DNA of 29,081 bases from Patescibacteria group bacterium (GCA_018053685.1 JAGPKW010000001.1:1-29081); one strand, 5' to 3'; positions 16,972 through 26,913 are shown, numbered from the stretch's first letter. Translations and numbers: made by a program. The notes: generated by a model from the letters alone, not told the origin.

Positions 16972-17428
16972 ATATTTTCTTTACTTTTTTCCTTGATAAA
17001 TTAAACATCATAAACTCAATATCCATTTCAGAAACTTTATACATTTCATCTTCAATAGATGGTTTTTTACTACATTCTCCTGATAAATATAAACTTACTT
17101 CATCAAAAACATTTATATTACCTATATAATGTTTTAAAATAGTGTTTTTATTTTTAGCAGTTATTTTATTTAAATCCCCATTTTTAACATGATTAAAATC
17201 TTTCTCATATAATTTCATGTCAAATAATAATAACACTTTATCATTATCAACATCCATTCTTCCTTTTAAGTGTGTATTATTTATTCTTTTTACATCTTCT
17301 TTATTGAATAGACACAATAAATAAGGAAAATAATCAGCTTCATTGTACATATATGTATTTATAGGCTCTATTTTCCATAGCCTTAATAAAGGATATAAAA
17401 AATAATAAGACATATTTTTCTTTATCAT
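16964..17428 (-). CDS. Hypothetical protein (154 aa)
   Basis: Overlaps both neighbours; part of the replication operon. Confidence 0.7.
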   Translation of the reverse strand: MIKKNMSYYFLYPLLRLWKIEPINTYMYNEADYFPYLLCLFNKEDVKRINNTHLKGRMDVDNDKVLLLFDMKLYEKDFNHVKNGDLNKITAKNKNTILKHYIGNINVFDEVSLYLSGECSKKPSIEDEMYKVSEMDIEFMMFNLSRKKVKKIYE

Positions 17429-18438
17429 ATAATTAGTTCTCCTTTGTTGATTAAAAATTTATAAGGTAATGAAAAATCTTGTGTTTTAAAGTGATATTCT
17501 GCAATATCAAATATTTCATTACTTCTTTTTATCCATTCTTCTAAAGTGTCTTTACTCACTAAAAATGTTGCTACTTGACCATAATTATCACTTACAAGAA
17601 ATCTGATTTCAATATCATAATCATCTTTGTAATATTTAGAATTTATTACTAATAAATAATAAATAACAACTTGTAGCCAGTAGTTGTAGTATTCTATTGT
17701 TTCAAGAAAATCATTAATACTTTTATTGGAGGTTTTAAAGTCATTGATTTTGATAATTTTGTTTTTATGATCTATAGTTAAATTATCTAATATTCCTTTT
17801 AGACCAAACATTTCTAATTCAGGAATATCAGCTTCTAAATATAGTTCATTAAATGTTTCAGTTAAACTATCAAAATTCAATATATTGCTACCAATATGTT
17901 TAGTTATAGTATCATTTTTAATAATATTGTCAACTATTTCTAAAGCATAGTTATATAGTTGTTGAGTGATAATTTCTTTTCCTGTACTTCTTTTCAAAAA
18001 ATTAAAATAATCAATATTTTCTTGAGGTTCTATGATTTTTGCCAATCTTGATTCATCTGTTTTTAAAGATTGATGCAAATTCATTTCTATCAATTTATTT
18101 AATATGTTATCTTTAAAATCTTCCATTGTTTTATTATCATCATTCTCTATAAGATAACATTGATATATATAGTCTATTACTGTTTTAGAATTTGTAGAAG
18201 GTAATTTATCAAATGCAATCTCATACATTTTATTAAAATTCTCTGGTTGCAATAACAAACAATGAATAAGTCTTCCTTCTTTCATTGATTGTGTTTCAAT
18301 ATCTTCTTTCTCTTCTAAAACATAATGTTTATAATATAATGTTGGACTAAACATTAATTTTGTCAAAGCATTATAAGACAAATATTTTTTTTCTGAAAAG
18401 AATTTTTCTTCCTTGTTTTCTATTTTAAATAATTCCAT
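17425..18438 (-). CDS. PD-(D/E)XK exonuclease (RecE/PDDEXK_1-like)
   Basis: YLSYNAL, GRLIHCLLL, KGILDNL...INDFKTS, YWLQVVIY. Confidence 0.8.
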   Translation of the reverse strand: MELFKIENKEEKFFSEKKYLSYNALTKLMFSPTLYYKHYVLEEKEDIETQSMKEGRLIHCLLLQPENFNKMYEIAFDKLPSTNSKTVIDYIYQCYLIENDDNKTMEDFKDNILNKLIEMNLHQSLKTDESRLAKIIEPQENIDYFNFLKRSTGKEIITQQLYNYALEIVDNIIKNDTITKHIGSNILNFDSLTETFNELYLEADIPELEMFGLKGILDNLTIDHKNKIIKINDFKTSNKSINDFLETIEYYNYWLQVVIYYLLVINSKYYKDDYDIEIRFLVSDNYGQVATFLVSKDTLEEWIKRSNEIFDIAEYHFKTQDFSLPYKFLINKGELII

Positions 18439-18868
18439 CTTCTATATCCTTTCTGTAAAATTTCCCTAAAATATTATTATTATAAGAATTGTTTTCTAGA
18501 ACATTATATATAATTTGATACTTTAACTCTAGATATGTCATTCCTTTTTTTGTTTTACAAAATTGCAATATCTCTCTTTCAAAAAAAGATTTATTAGATT
18601 TATTTATATCATCTTTTAACTCTTGACAACTGCCATAATATGTCTTCCAATCATTTTCTCTAGAAACATATTTAAATCTTTTCGTTGTTCCTATTTTTTT
18701 CTTTTCTCTGTTAGATATTTTTATTTTTTTGGTAACAAAAAACATTTTTTTGCCAATATAAAATTTACCATTTTGAGTATTTGTAATTTTGTAAACAAAT
18801 CCAATAACATCTTGTGGAATATCTTCTAAAGATGTAAAATCTTTACCTAAGTATTTCCAATGATTCAT
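18425..18868 (-). CDS. GIY-YIG endonuclease (Seg-like)
   Basis: GFVYKITNTQNGKFYIGKK...WKTYYGS...LELKYQ; overlaps both neighbours. Confidence 0.75.
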   Translation of the reverse strand: MNHWKYLGKDFTSLEDIPQDVIGFVYKITNTQNGKFYIGKKMFFVTKKIKISNREKKKIGTTKRFKYVSRENDWKTYYGSCQELKDDINKSNKSFFEREILQFCKTKKGMTYLELKYQIIYNVLENNSYNNNILGKFYRKDIEDGII

Positions 18869-19847
18869 TTAGTTTTTTATTTATATATGGCACAATTCTT
18901 CTTCTTGCTTCATCAATCCCATTATTTTTAAGAATTAATGCTGGATCTTTTTCATATGGGATATAACAATATTTTAATCCATACATTTCATTATATTTCT
19001 TCATAGCTTCTATACCCGGTTTGTCATTATCAAATATTACAAGAATATTATCTTTCCCATAATTATTAATGAATTTACTTATCATATAATTTGACAACAT
19101 TGTATTTTCACTATCAGGAGCATACATGTCTGCTTTTATTCCTATAGTTTTTAAAGCCATAATATCCTTTAATGATGATATGATAAAACAATATTGATTA
19201 TTATCATTCTGTTCAGAACCTTGTATGTAATTGTTTACTTTAATAAACTTCTTTGTTGAATTTAATGGTTGATATATCTTTGCTAGATTATTGATAGAAT
19301 TACCATATAAATAACCATATATGCATTTGTTTTTAACTTCAAACTCTTCAATAATTTCATCTTCTATTTGAAAAGCCATGATATATGATTTTATAGGGAC
19401 AACATTGTGTTCTTTAAGTATATCTATAGATATATAATAATCTTTCCAATATTCATAATTATATTTATTCCATTCTACAGGAACATATGATTTGACTATC
19501 CATCCTTGATACTTAATATTTTCCTTATCAATATCAGATATATAATTGTCATTATTGATATAATCATTTTTTATTCTATTAAAAGCATTATTAAATGAGC
19601 AATTCCATATCAACATCATTAAATGTATTCCTCTACCAGAATGTCCTGATGAAAAATCCTTAAATTTATATCTTTCTATTTTTCTATCATAGTATATTAC
19701 AAGAGAGGGAACAGTATCCCTCTCATTAAATATACTTTTTATCTTTATACTCTGTCCTGTCAATTTTGGTAATCCCAAATAATGACTGAATATCCAATCA
19801 TCAGGAATGTCATTTATTGACATAATATGTTTTAGAGCATAAAACAT
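18843..19847 (-). CDS. dnaG: DnaG-type primase (TOPRIM), crAss-like
   Basis: IKSIFNERDTVPS...YKFKDFSSG N-domain, IISSLKDIMAL (TOPRIM motif with S in place of E), VIFDNDKPG, EKDPA. Confidence 0.8.
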   Translation of the reverse strand: MFYALKHIMSINDIPDDWIFSHYLGLPKLTGQSIKIKSIFNERDTVPSLVIYYDRKIERYKFKDFSSGHSGRGIHLMMLIWNCSFNNAFNRIKNDYINNDNYISDIDKENIKYQGWIVKSYVPVEWNKYNYEYWKDYYISIDILKEHNVVPIKSYIMAFQIEDEIIEEFEVKNKCIYGYLYGNSINNLAKIYQPLNSTKKFIKVNNYIQGSEQNDNNQYCFIISSLKDIMALKTIGIKADMYAPDSENTMLSNYMISKFINNYGKDNILVIFDNDKPGIEAMKKYNEMYGLKYCYIPYEKDPALILKNNGIDEARRRIVPYINKKLNESLEILR

Positions 19848-19859
19848 GATTATTATTAT

Positions 19860-20630
19860 TTAAAATTGTGATGAATAATCATCATCATCAATTACAAATG
19901 GATCATTCTTCATGTTAGAAACATCTATTTGTTCAAAATTTGGCATATCTGCCATAGATGTATCTTCAAAAGTAGGAATATCTGTAGTTGTATTGTTATT
20001 TACAGAAACTCCCTTATCTCTTTTTATGATGTGAACATCCTCATCAAAAGGTACTACACCATCTTTTTTCAAAGATACATAGTTTTTCCTATTTTGATAT
20101 TTTACAAAATGCAAATAATAATTAGGATAATCATAGCCATCTTGCCATTTCTCAACACCACCAATAGTGTAGTATGCCCATAAATTTGGGTTGCAAATAT
20201 GTTTTTTTGCAACTTCTGCTAATTCAGCAGCTGTTACTCCATTTCTTAGCTTTGGCTCAACTTTTACTGTATCCCATACTCCTAAAGATACACATAATCT
20301 TGCAATAAAATCACAGGCTTCATTGTTTGCATATCTTTTTTCTCCAGATGGAGTTATCCAATCTCCAAAAGCATATTGACTATTTTTTACATATCCAATT
20401 TGTCCTTGATATGAACCTTTTTTTGGATCATTTTTGTCAATTAAAACTCCTTCAAAATCTCCGCCTATAGGTTCTGTTTCCATGAGGAAATTTATTTGTA
20501 GTTTATTTTGATCATAGGCAGGAGCAGCAACTTCTACATCTATAATTCTACATAAATGAGTTCCTGGTTGAATAATCTTTGAAACAAATTTTCCACCATT
20601 TTCTTTAAAATCATCAATTTTCCAAGTCAT
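19860..20630 (-). CDS. Probable single-stranded DNA-binding protein
   Basis: QPGTHLCRIIDV beta-rich core, acidic aromatic tail (DDDDYSSQF), and position between the ATPase and primase. Confidence 0.6.
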   Translation of the reverse strand: MTWKIDDFKENGGKFVSKIIQPGTHLCRIIDVEVAAPAYDQNKLQINFLMETEPIGGDFEGVLIDKNDPKKGSYQGQIGYVKNSQYAFGDWITPSGEKRYANNEACDFIARLCVSLGVWDTVKVEPKLRNGVTAAELAEVAKKHICNPNLWAYYTIGGVEKWQDGYDYPNYYLHFVKYQNRKNYVSLKKDGVVPFDEDVHIIKRDKGVSVNNNTTTDIPTFEDTSMADMPNFEQIDVSNMKNDPFVIDDDDYSSQF

Positions 20631-20670
20631 AATTTTAATTTTTTATTTGTTAATAAATTTATTTAATATT

Positions 20671-21348
20671 TTAATTATAATATTCATTAATAGCTTTTAG
20701 AACAATGCTTAAATCATTAGGAATAAACAATTCTTCAAACATTCCTTCTGGAGATTTTGCAGGAATTTCTATTCCTTCAACTATTGTTCTATTGGTTATA
20801 AATCTATAATTTATATTTTCTTTGGTAACTTCTGGTTTACACCATAAAGCAATAGTCATAGTTTCTAATGGAGAATATTCTTTTTCTATAAGTTGTCCTG
20901 GTAATTTAACTTTTTTTGTAACAATAAATTTGTCATTATACACATCTTCATCATGTAGCATACCAAAAACTACAAGATCATCTCTCATTACTTGTATCCA
21001 ATCTAATACAGATTGAAAGTTTTTTGCAATTTGAGTAAATTTTGTATAGCCTGTTTCTAATGCTCTATTAAAAAATTCTGTTGTCATAAAATATCTCATA
21101 TCATCAATAATTATTGTTTTAATATGAGGTGCTTTTTTGTCAATATTATTAAGTAATACTTTTAAAGAAGAATAATCATTTAAATATACATAATTGTTAT
21201 TTTCTCTGTTATAAATCTTGTTTGCACTTTTAAATGGTAAAGGTTTGTTCAATACACTTATTACTATTGTGCTTTTAGGATCTAAATTCAAAATAGATCT
21301 ACTCTTACCTGAACCTGTATCTCCAATTATTCCTACAAATTTTGCCAT
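20671..21348 (-). CDS. AAA-family P-loop ATPase (AAA_24/Sak4-like)
   Basis: Walker A GDTGSGKS, Walker B IIIDD, AKSPEGMF. Confidence 0.8.
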   Translation of the reverse strand: MAKFVGIIGDTGSGKSRSILNLDPKSTIVISVLNKPLPFKSANKIYNRENNNYVYLNDYSSLKVLLNNIDKKAPHIKTIIIDDMRYFMTTEFFNRALETGYTKFTQIAKNFQSVLDWIQVMRDDLVVFGMLHDEDVYNDKFIVTKKVKLPGQLIEKEYSPLETMTIALWCKPEVTKENINYRFITNRTIVEGIEIPAKSPEGMFEELFIPNDLSIVLKAINEYYN

Positions 21349-21356
21349 AATATAAT

Positions 21357-21893
21357 TTATTTTTTACTTTTTATTAATTCATTTAACCATTTAGTTTTAG
21401 ATGCTGGAACATTATGCAAAATACAATATAAATCTCTTACAGTCATCTGATTTAAAGATTTATCTTCTAAATTGATAATATCCAACTCTGTTAATTCTTC
21501 AATGTTGTCATCAACATTATTATTAGAGCATGAACATATATTTAATTCCCTAAAAGGAATAAAATATACATTAAATTCTTCTCCACTTTTACTTGTTCTT
21601 TTGATTGTTTTATATTCTTCTAACTTTTTACCTTTAATACAATAAAGAACTCTTTTTTGTTCTTTTAAGTATGGAAATACATTGTCCCCATGCTTATTAA
21701 CCAATTCAAAATATAATATATTCCCTATTTCTGGTAATTCATTTTTGAAGAATGTTACTCCTAATTCTTTAGGTTCTAATTCTTTAGGAGAAAACAACAA
21801 TCTTACTGTAAAGTTATTTGTATCAATGTTTTTGTTTTGGAAATAATCATTCCAAAAATCAATAAATTCATTTTTTAAGTCAGCTATATTCAT
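21357..21893 (-). CDS. Conserved phage hypothetical protein (178 aa)
   Basis: Lies within the replication operon; C-terminal MTVRDL...KWLNELI motif. Confidence 0.7.
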   Translation of the reverse strand: MNIADLKNEFIDFWNDYFQNKNIDTNNFTVRLLFSPKELEPKELGVTFFKNELPEIGNILYFELVNKHGDNVFPYLKEQKRVLYCIKGKKLEEYKTIKRTSKSGEEFNVYFIPFRELNICSCSNNNVDDNIEELTELDIINLEDKSLNQMTVRDLYCILHNVPASKTKWLNELIKSKK

Positions 21894-21896
21894 ACT

Positions 21897-22868
21897 TTAT
21901 AATTCACTTCTTTTTTTAGGAGCTTCTGTTTCTATTACAGACATTTTATCATATAATGCTCTGTACCAATGTATTCCATCATTTCCAAATCTGTTTTTTA
22001 AAATATGGCAAGCCAATAAATTTTTGTCATCTAACGACAAAACATAAGATGTAGGTCCATAGAATTTTAGATTATACTTTGCTGGTCTATTATAAGCTAA
22101 TACAACATCACATCCTTGCATTAAGGCATCAGACATGTAAATATCATCTGATGTTGGAAAATTAGTTAATCTACCAGGATTTTGTCTTTCTGCACTCTCT
22201 AAAGTTCTATTTAGCTGTGAACCTACAATCCATATCATTGGTAGTTCTTTTTTAGATTCTATTGCCATATTGGAAAAATTCTCAATGGTAGTTTGTTTTT
22301 TAGGTTCTCCTGCTGTTTTCTTAATTAACATTGTATGATCCAATGTCGCAATAAAAGGTTTTTTAAACTTTTTATAAAATTCATAAACATAATATTTTAT
22401 TTCATCAACAGACATTTGTTTATCAATGACATATTCATTTCTATTATAATATTGAGAATTTACATATGTCTTTAATTGTTTTAAGTGTTCTTGAGATAAC
22501 TTATCAACATCTTGTTCTTTAGATGATAATAAGTATCTTAATCTTAATCCTGTTGCAGATGATAATTCTCTTGCAGCAAGATTCTTCTTGTCCATCTCAA
22601 ATTGAAAGTGCAATATGTATGGATCTTCATCTTTATTTAATTTCTGAATATTTCTCGTCAGTTGATTTATTATTAAAGTTTTACCTACACCAGGTCTTGA
22701 TGCAATAAGATAAAAACTACCCCATTCTAATCCACCATATCCTATATTGTCAAATTGCTTCCAGCCTGTTTTTAAAGATTTTACCTTTCCAGATGCTCTG
22801 TCTTCAATATATTTAACAGATTCTACTAATGAATCTCCATATTTGGTCCATACCTCATTCATTACCAC
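21897..22868 (-). CDS. dnaB: DnaB-like replicative helicase
   Basis: LKTGWKQFD, Walker A ASRPGVGKT, FQFEM, LDHTML, SQLNR, MQGCDVV, ILKNRFG. Confidence 0.9.
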   Translation of the reverse strand: MVMNEVWTKYGDSLVESVKYIEDRASGKVKSLKTGWKQFDNIGYGGLEWGSFYLIASRPGVGKTLIINQLTRNIQKLNKDEDPYILHFQFEMDKKNLAARELSSATGLRLRYLLSSKEQDVDKLSQEHLKQLKTYVNSQYYNRNEYVIDKQMSVDEIKYYVYEFYKKFKKPFIATLDHTMLIKKTAGEPKKQTTIENFSNMAIESKKELPMIWIVGSQLNRTLESAERQNPGRLTNFPTSDDIYMSDALMQGCDVVLAYNRPAKYNLKFYGPTSYVLSLDDKNLLACHILKNRFGNDGIHWYRALYDKMSVIETEAPKKRSEL

Positions 22869-23581
22869 ACAATCTCCTTTTTACCTTTAGCTATTAAAGC
22901 ATCATTTATTTTTGGAAATATATTGTTATGATTCCATACTATATCATTACTAAATAGTTCTGGAATATTATCACAACATATTTTAATGCACTTATCACTT
23001 ATTGTATTGTAATAATATTCTTTAGGTCTATCTCCAATAATACCATATATAATATCATATTTAGATAATTGTGATAACACAAAACTTATAAAAGGATTCC
23101 ATATCTCATAATGCTTTAAACTGTTTTTTCTTAATACATCTATACTTGTATCTGTTGTAAATGTAGAATGTATTGATAGTATCCTCTTAGGATCTCCTAA
23201 TTGAAAACGGCCAGCATAGAAAGATTTATTTAAAACAGAACTTACATGATGCAATTCTGGTGTTGAATATGAATACTTTTTTTTCAAATCATAAAAAGGT
23301 ATTAAAGGAATACCTTTAGCTAAACCTATTGCAGAATATGGCTTATCAAACATTAATAATACATCAATATCTTCTGGATCTAGTTTTTGGAATGGTATAA
23401 ATACATATTTTAATTCAGGAGTGAATCTTCTACCTTCTTTATAAAATTCATATAATTGATAAAAAATATCTTTAAAATCTTGAGATAGTAAAAACATTCT
23501 TAATAAAGAATACCACTTTTCATGTTTTTTAAATTTTTCTATCTCATTATTTATAATATTTTCTACAATATCAATTTTCAT
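22862..23581 (-). CDS. Uracil-DNA glycosylase family 1 homologue, apparently inactive
   Basis: FTPELKYVFIPFQKLDPEDIDVLLMFDKPY aligns with YPP..IF.AF...P...VKVVILGQDPY. GQD is replaced by FDK and the HPSP motif is absent. Confidence 0.6.
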   Translation of the reverse strand: MKIDIVENIINNEIEKFKKHEKWYSLLRMFLLSQDFKDIFYQLYEFYKEGRRFTPELKYVFIPFQKLDPEDIDVLLMFDKPYSAIGLAKGIPLIPFYDLKKKYSYSTPELHHVSSVLNKSFYAGRFQLGDPKRILSIHSTFTTDTSIDVLRKNSLKHYEIWNPFISFVLSQLSKYDIIYGIIGDRPKEYYYNTISDKCIKICCDNIPELFSNDIVWNHNNIFPKINDALIAKGKKEIVW

Positions 23582-23960
23582 TATATATAATGTTTTGTAT
23601 TTCTATGAGTTTGTTAATTACCATATCCAATTCTTGAATAGAACAATCTCCAAAAGATTTTAACTTCTTTTTATAAGGTTTAGAAGATACAATATTAAAT
23701 ATGCCACATACTTCTTTAATATGATCTTTAGTTTCATTAAATCCTTGTTTTGTAAATTCAGCTATTTCTCTTATCATAGCATGTATTTTTGCTAATTGAG
23801 GCAATGTTCCTATTTCTTCATCATAACATGTTATATAAACATCTACAATTTTATTATTAGAGATTTTATCAATAAATTCTTTATAAGTTCTTTCATCTTC
23901 CTTAGAACAAGGATATAGTTTGCAATCATTTTTTTGAAACTTAACAAAACATTCTTTCAT
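23571..23960 (-). CDS. NinB-like protein
   Basis: TLPQLAKIHAMIREIA...KSFGDCSIQELDMVI resembles the NinB/YbcN pattern. Confidence 0.5.
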   Translation of the reverse strand: MKECFVKFQKNDCKLYPCSKEDERTYKEFIDKISNNKIVDVYITCYDEEIGTLPQLAKIHAMIREIAEFTKQGFNETKDHIKEVCGIFNIVSSKPYKKKLKSFGDCSIQELDMVINKLIEIQNIIYNEN

Positions 23961-23963
23961 TTG

Positions 23964-24251
23964 TTATATATCTCCTTCTTTTAGTTCTATTGTAAGATTT
24001 TGTTTTTCAGCCTCATCTTCTATTGTGTATATGAGTGCTACCAATGTCTCAATACATTTTTCTTTTTCATTTAGTGGTTTTTTGTTTTTAACTTTATCAA
24101 TAACTTCTTCATAATCTTTAGGTAGCATATCTTTTGTAATAAATGTTAAAACATCTATTACTCTGCTATGAAAACCACCTGATACAGGAATTTTGAAGAT
24201 AGTGTCAGATTTCAGTCCCTTCAATTTGGGAGTTTTGTTTTCTTTATTCAT
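23964..24251 (-). CDS. Hypothetical protein (95 aa)
   Basis: AAAATTATG start immediately downstream of a promoter. Confidence 0.7.
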   Translation of the reverse strand: MNKENKTPKLKGLKSDTIFKIPVSGGFHSRVIDVLTFITKDMLPKDYEEVIDKVKNKKPLNEKEKCIETLVALIYTIEDEAEKQNLTIELKEGDI

Positions 24252-24275
24252 AATTTTAATTTTAGTTTTAGTTTA

Positions 24276-24307
24276 CAAATATATAAAACATTAATTTAAA
24301 TCACAAA
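24276..24307 (-). promoter_or_regulatory. Bacteroidota housekeeping-sigma promoter
   Basis: TTTG (24307-24304), N20, TATATTTG (24283-24276): full -33/-7 consensus with correct spacing. Confidence 0.7.
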
Positions 24308-25398
24308 TCTAACCATGTAATTTTATTTTTATCATATCCTGATAATGCTTTTTTAACCCACTTTTCATCTATAGTACCTATATAATATAATATATGTATA
24401 ATTGCTGTTTCATTAACAGGCAATCTTAAACATCTACCTATTCTTTGAGATGTTACATATTCTGATGCATATGAATGAATAATTATGCTTGCTTTTAAAT
24501 TAGGAATATTTATCCCTTCTTTTAATTGATCTACAGAAGCTAATACTTGTATATCTCCATTTTTAAATAACTCTAAATTTTCTTGATTATTATTATTTTT
24601 TGAATGATATACATGTTTTGATAGTCTATTAGCTTGTGCTGTATCATTAGCAAATATAAGTGTTTTATCTTTTATTAAATTAAGTAATTGTTTTACTTTT
24701 ACTTCTTTAGATTTAAATTTAAGAAGTTGTGCAGACATTAGTAATCTTAATTTAAAATTTTCAGGATATTTGTTGATTAAATTATTATAATAATTATACT
24801 GTTTCAATTCAGAGGTATAAAAATATCCACCATTTTTTTTAGTCATCATAATATCATTTTCTCTAGATAACAATACAGGATGACAATATATTCTATAATC
24901 ATTTAATATTTTATCATCTATAGCTTCATCTGTAATATACTTAAAAACTATAGGAGCATATGAACTTATCATATTATCTTTTTCTGATTTTTTTCTTTTT
25001 GGTGGAGAACCTGTTAGCCCTAATATTCTGCCTCTATACTTGTCAAGAAATATTTTATGAGAATATTTAATGTTATGAATCTCATCAAAATATATTGACA
25101 AAAATTCATTAGCAATATCAGAATATTTATTTAAACTTCTATATGTTACAAAAGTTAATTTGTCAATTAAATATTCTTTATTAAATTTTACACATTCTTT
25201 TTTCCAAGTGTCAATTACTGATAATTTAGGCACTATTATTAAGAATTTAGCATCTCTATTAACAGTAAGTCTTATGTCCATATCTTTTAATCCAAGAAGT
25301 GTTTTGCCAACACCTTGAGATATAGCCATAGTACATCTTTTATAATTTTGAGCTATAGATAATGCTTGAGACATTATCTCTTCTCTTTTGTTTTCCAT
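24301..25398 (-). CDS. SF2 (DEAD/DEAH-like) helicase
   Basis: SQGVGKT, FDEIH, LGLTGSP, LKEGINIP, QRIGRCLR. Confidence 0.85.
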   Translation of the reverse strand: MENKREEIMSQALSIAQNYKRCTMAISQGVGKTLLGLKDMDIRLTVNRDAKFLIIVPKLSVIDTWKKECVKFNKEYLIDKLTFVTYRSLNKYSDIANEFLSIYFDEIHNIKYSHKIFLDKYRGRILGLTGSPPKRKKSEKDNMISSYAPIVFKYITDEAIDDKILNDYRIYCHPVLLSRENDIMMTKKNGGYFYTSELKQYNYYNNLINKYPENFKLRLLMSAQLLKFKSKEVKVKQLLNLIKDKTLIFANDTAQANRLSKHVYHSKNNNNQENLELFKNGDIQVLASVDQLKEGINIPNLKASIIIHSYASEYVTSQRIGRCLRLPVNETAIIHILYYIGTIDEKWVKKALSGYDKNKITWLDL

Positions 25399-25411
25399 AA
25401 ATTTAAATGCT

Positions 25412-25684
25412 TTACATTTCTATATCATCTAAATAAATAAAATCTGTATCTATTATTTTATCTTCTTTAGATATATCATAGAGTTCAATTTCTATATCAT
25501 CGATTATATCATCTTCAATATAACAGTCGATTTCTCCTTTTATAATTACAGAATCATCAAAAGGATCATGGTATTGTTTGCCAAAATCTAATGCAATAAG
25601 GTTCTGAATGTCATCATCAGTAAGCTGAAAATATAATTCAGAATCTATTTCTATATATTTACCATTAGGTAACTGATACTGCAT
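25412..25684 (-). CDS. Conserved phage hypothetical protein (probable start MQYQLPNGK)
   Basis: ATG at 25684 after an AT-rich leader. The tracked start at 25726 gives an implausible extension. Confidence 0.65.
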   Translation of the reverse strand: MQYQLPNGKYIEIDSELYFQLTDDDIQNLIALDFGKQYHDPFDDSVIIKGEIDCYIEDDIIDDIEIELYDISKEDKIIDTDFIYLDDIEM

Positions 25685-25722
25685 AAATTTTTTTTTCAAA
25701 TATACAAAATAATATTTGAATA

Positions 25723-26136
25723 TCAAAAATTATTTTTTGGCTTCAATGCATATATGTTGAAATCTAATTTTTTAAACATCTTATAGTTGTTTATTAGATT
25801 AAACATATTCTTTCTTCCACGTTCATTATCTGTATCAATTATGATATTGTGAAGTTTTAAATTATGTTTATCTACATAATCTATTAACCATGATATGCAA
25901 TCATATCCTGTTTTTTCTTCAAACTCATCATAATTGACACAATAGTTATTTTTGTTAATTATATTTTCAATGATATGTTCATTATCTAAGTCGTGATCTA
26001 AGGATATATATGCAGGTATTCCATTTTCTACTATATATTTAGCAAAATCAACACCATTAGTTACTATGTCCCATTCTATATTATCATTATTTGGTGGTTT
26101 CTTATTTTTACTTAAATATAATCCTTTGCTTTTCAT
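25723..26136 (-). CDS. Cyclic-phosphate-processing receiver (cREC)-like domain protein, degenerate
   Basis: W.IV...F..YI...G.P..ISLDHDL...KTGYDC..WL pattern. The usual LDD reads LSK and HSxN reads DTDN. Confidence 0.6.
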   Translation of the reverse strand: MKSKGLYLSKNKKPPNNDNIEWDIVTNGVDFAKYIVENGIPAYISLDHDLDNEHIIENIINKNNYCVNYDEFEEKTGYDCISWLIDYVDKHNLKLHNIIIDTDNERGRKNMFNLINNYKMFKKLDFNIYALKPKNNF

Positions 26137-26609
26137 GGTTTAAATATTATATCATCGTTTTTATCATCAATGTTATTATTATTGTTTTTACATTTATCAA
26201 TTTCATTATCTAATTCTTTCATTAGTCTATCAATATCAAAATCAGTAACAATGATAGAATCTTCATTAGGCTTAAAATATTTATTAAGCAATGTTTCTGC
26301 TTTATCTAAATCTAAATTTGCTAATTCTTCAAATTTTTCTTTAACAATATTTGCTTTATTAATAATATTATCTTTTGGATTTTTTTTTAGTGAATCATCT
26401 AATACATTAGATAAGTCTTCTAATAAAGCAAATGATGTTTCTGTCAACCCTTTTAAAATAATATAGCCACCATTGAAGTAGGTTTTTGCATGTTTAAAAT
26501 TACCATTCTCATCAGCTTCAGTAAGAGTTAATAAAAATGGATTAAAATCTTTTTTATTAGCATAGATCTCTTCTATCTGATTTATTATCTGTTCTGTTAT
26601 TGATTTCAT
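26133..26609 (-). CDS. Hypothetical protein (158 aa)
   Basis: ATGA overlaps on both sides. Confidence 0.7.
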   Translation of the reverse strand: MKSITEQIINQIEEIYANKKDFNPFLLTLTEADENGNFKHAKTYFNGGYIILKGLTETSFALLEDLSNVLDDSLKKNPKDNIINKANIVKEKFEELANLDLDKAETLLNKYFKPNEDSIIVTDFDIDRLMKELDNEIDKCKNNNNNIDDKNDDIIFKP

Positions 26610-26896
26610 ACCATTTTATTATATAAGTTTTTATATTTATCTATTTCAAACAAAAATGAAGAAATATTATTTACTTTAAAACTTATTGATTTTAATAACT
26701 CAAACCATTCTTGTTTTTTAATAACTTGTATTTTATTATCATCTAAATCAATAGATAATAGTTCATTGTTATTATTAGTATCAACTTTTACTAAATGTTT
26801 TTTTTCAAAAGCATTATTATAAAGTTTTTTCTTCTCATCAATAAGAACTTTAATAAATAATAGTTCTTCATTTGTCAATCCGTACAAATTACTCAT
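26606..26896 (-). CDS. Hypothetical protein (96 aa)
   Basis: Downstream of a -7 box; overlaps the next gene. Confidence 0.7.
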   Translation of the reverse strand: MSNLYGLTNEELLFIKVLIDEKKKLYNNAFEKKHLVKVDTNNNNELLSIDLDDNKIQVIKKQEWFELLKSISFKVNNISSFLFEIDKYKNLYNKMV

Positions 26897-26913
26897 AGAT
26901 TATATTTTTAGTG

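Noticed and set aside
18843-19847. Primase TOPRIM glutamate replaced (ISSLKD) as another dead enzyme
   Set aside because: The DxD motif is intact, and as far as I recall S/K at this position is usual in crAss-like primases. I treated it as a lineage trait.
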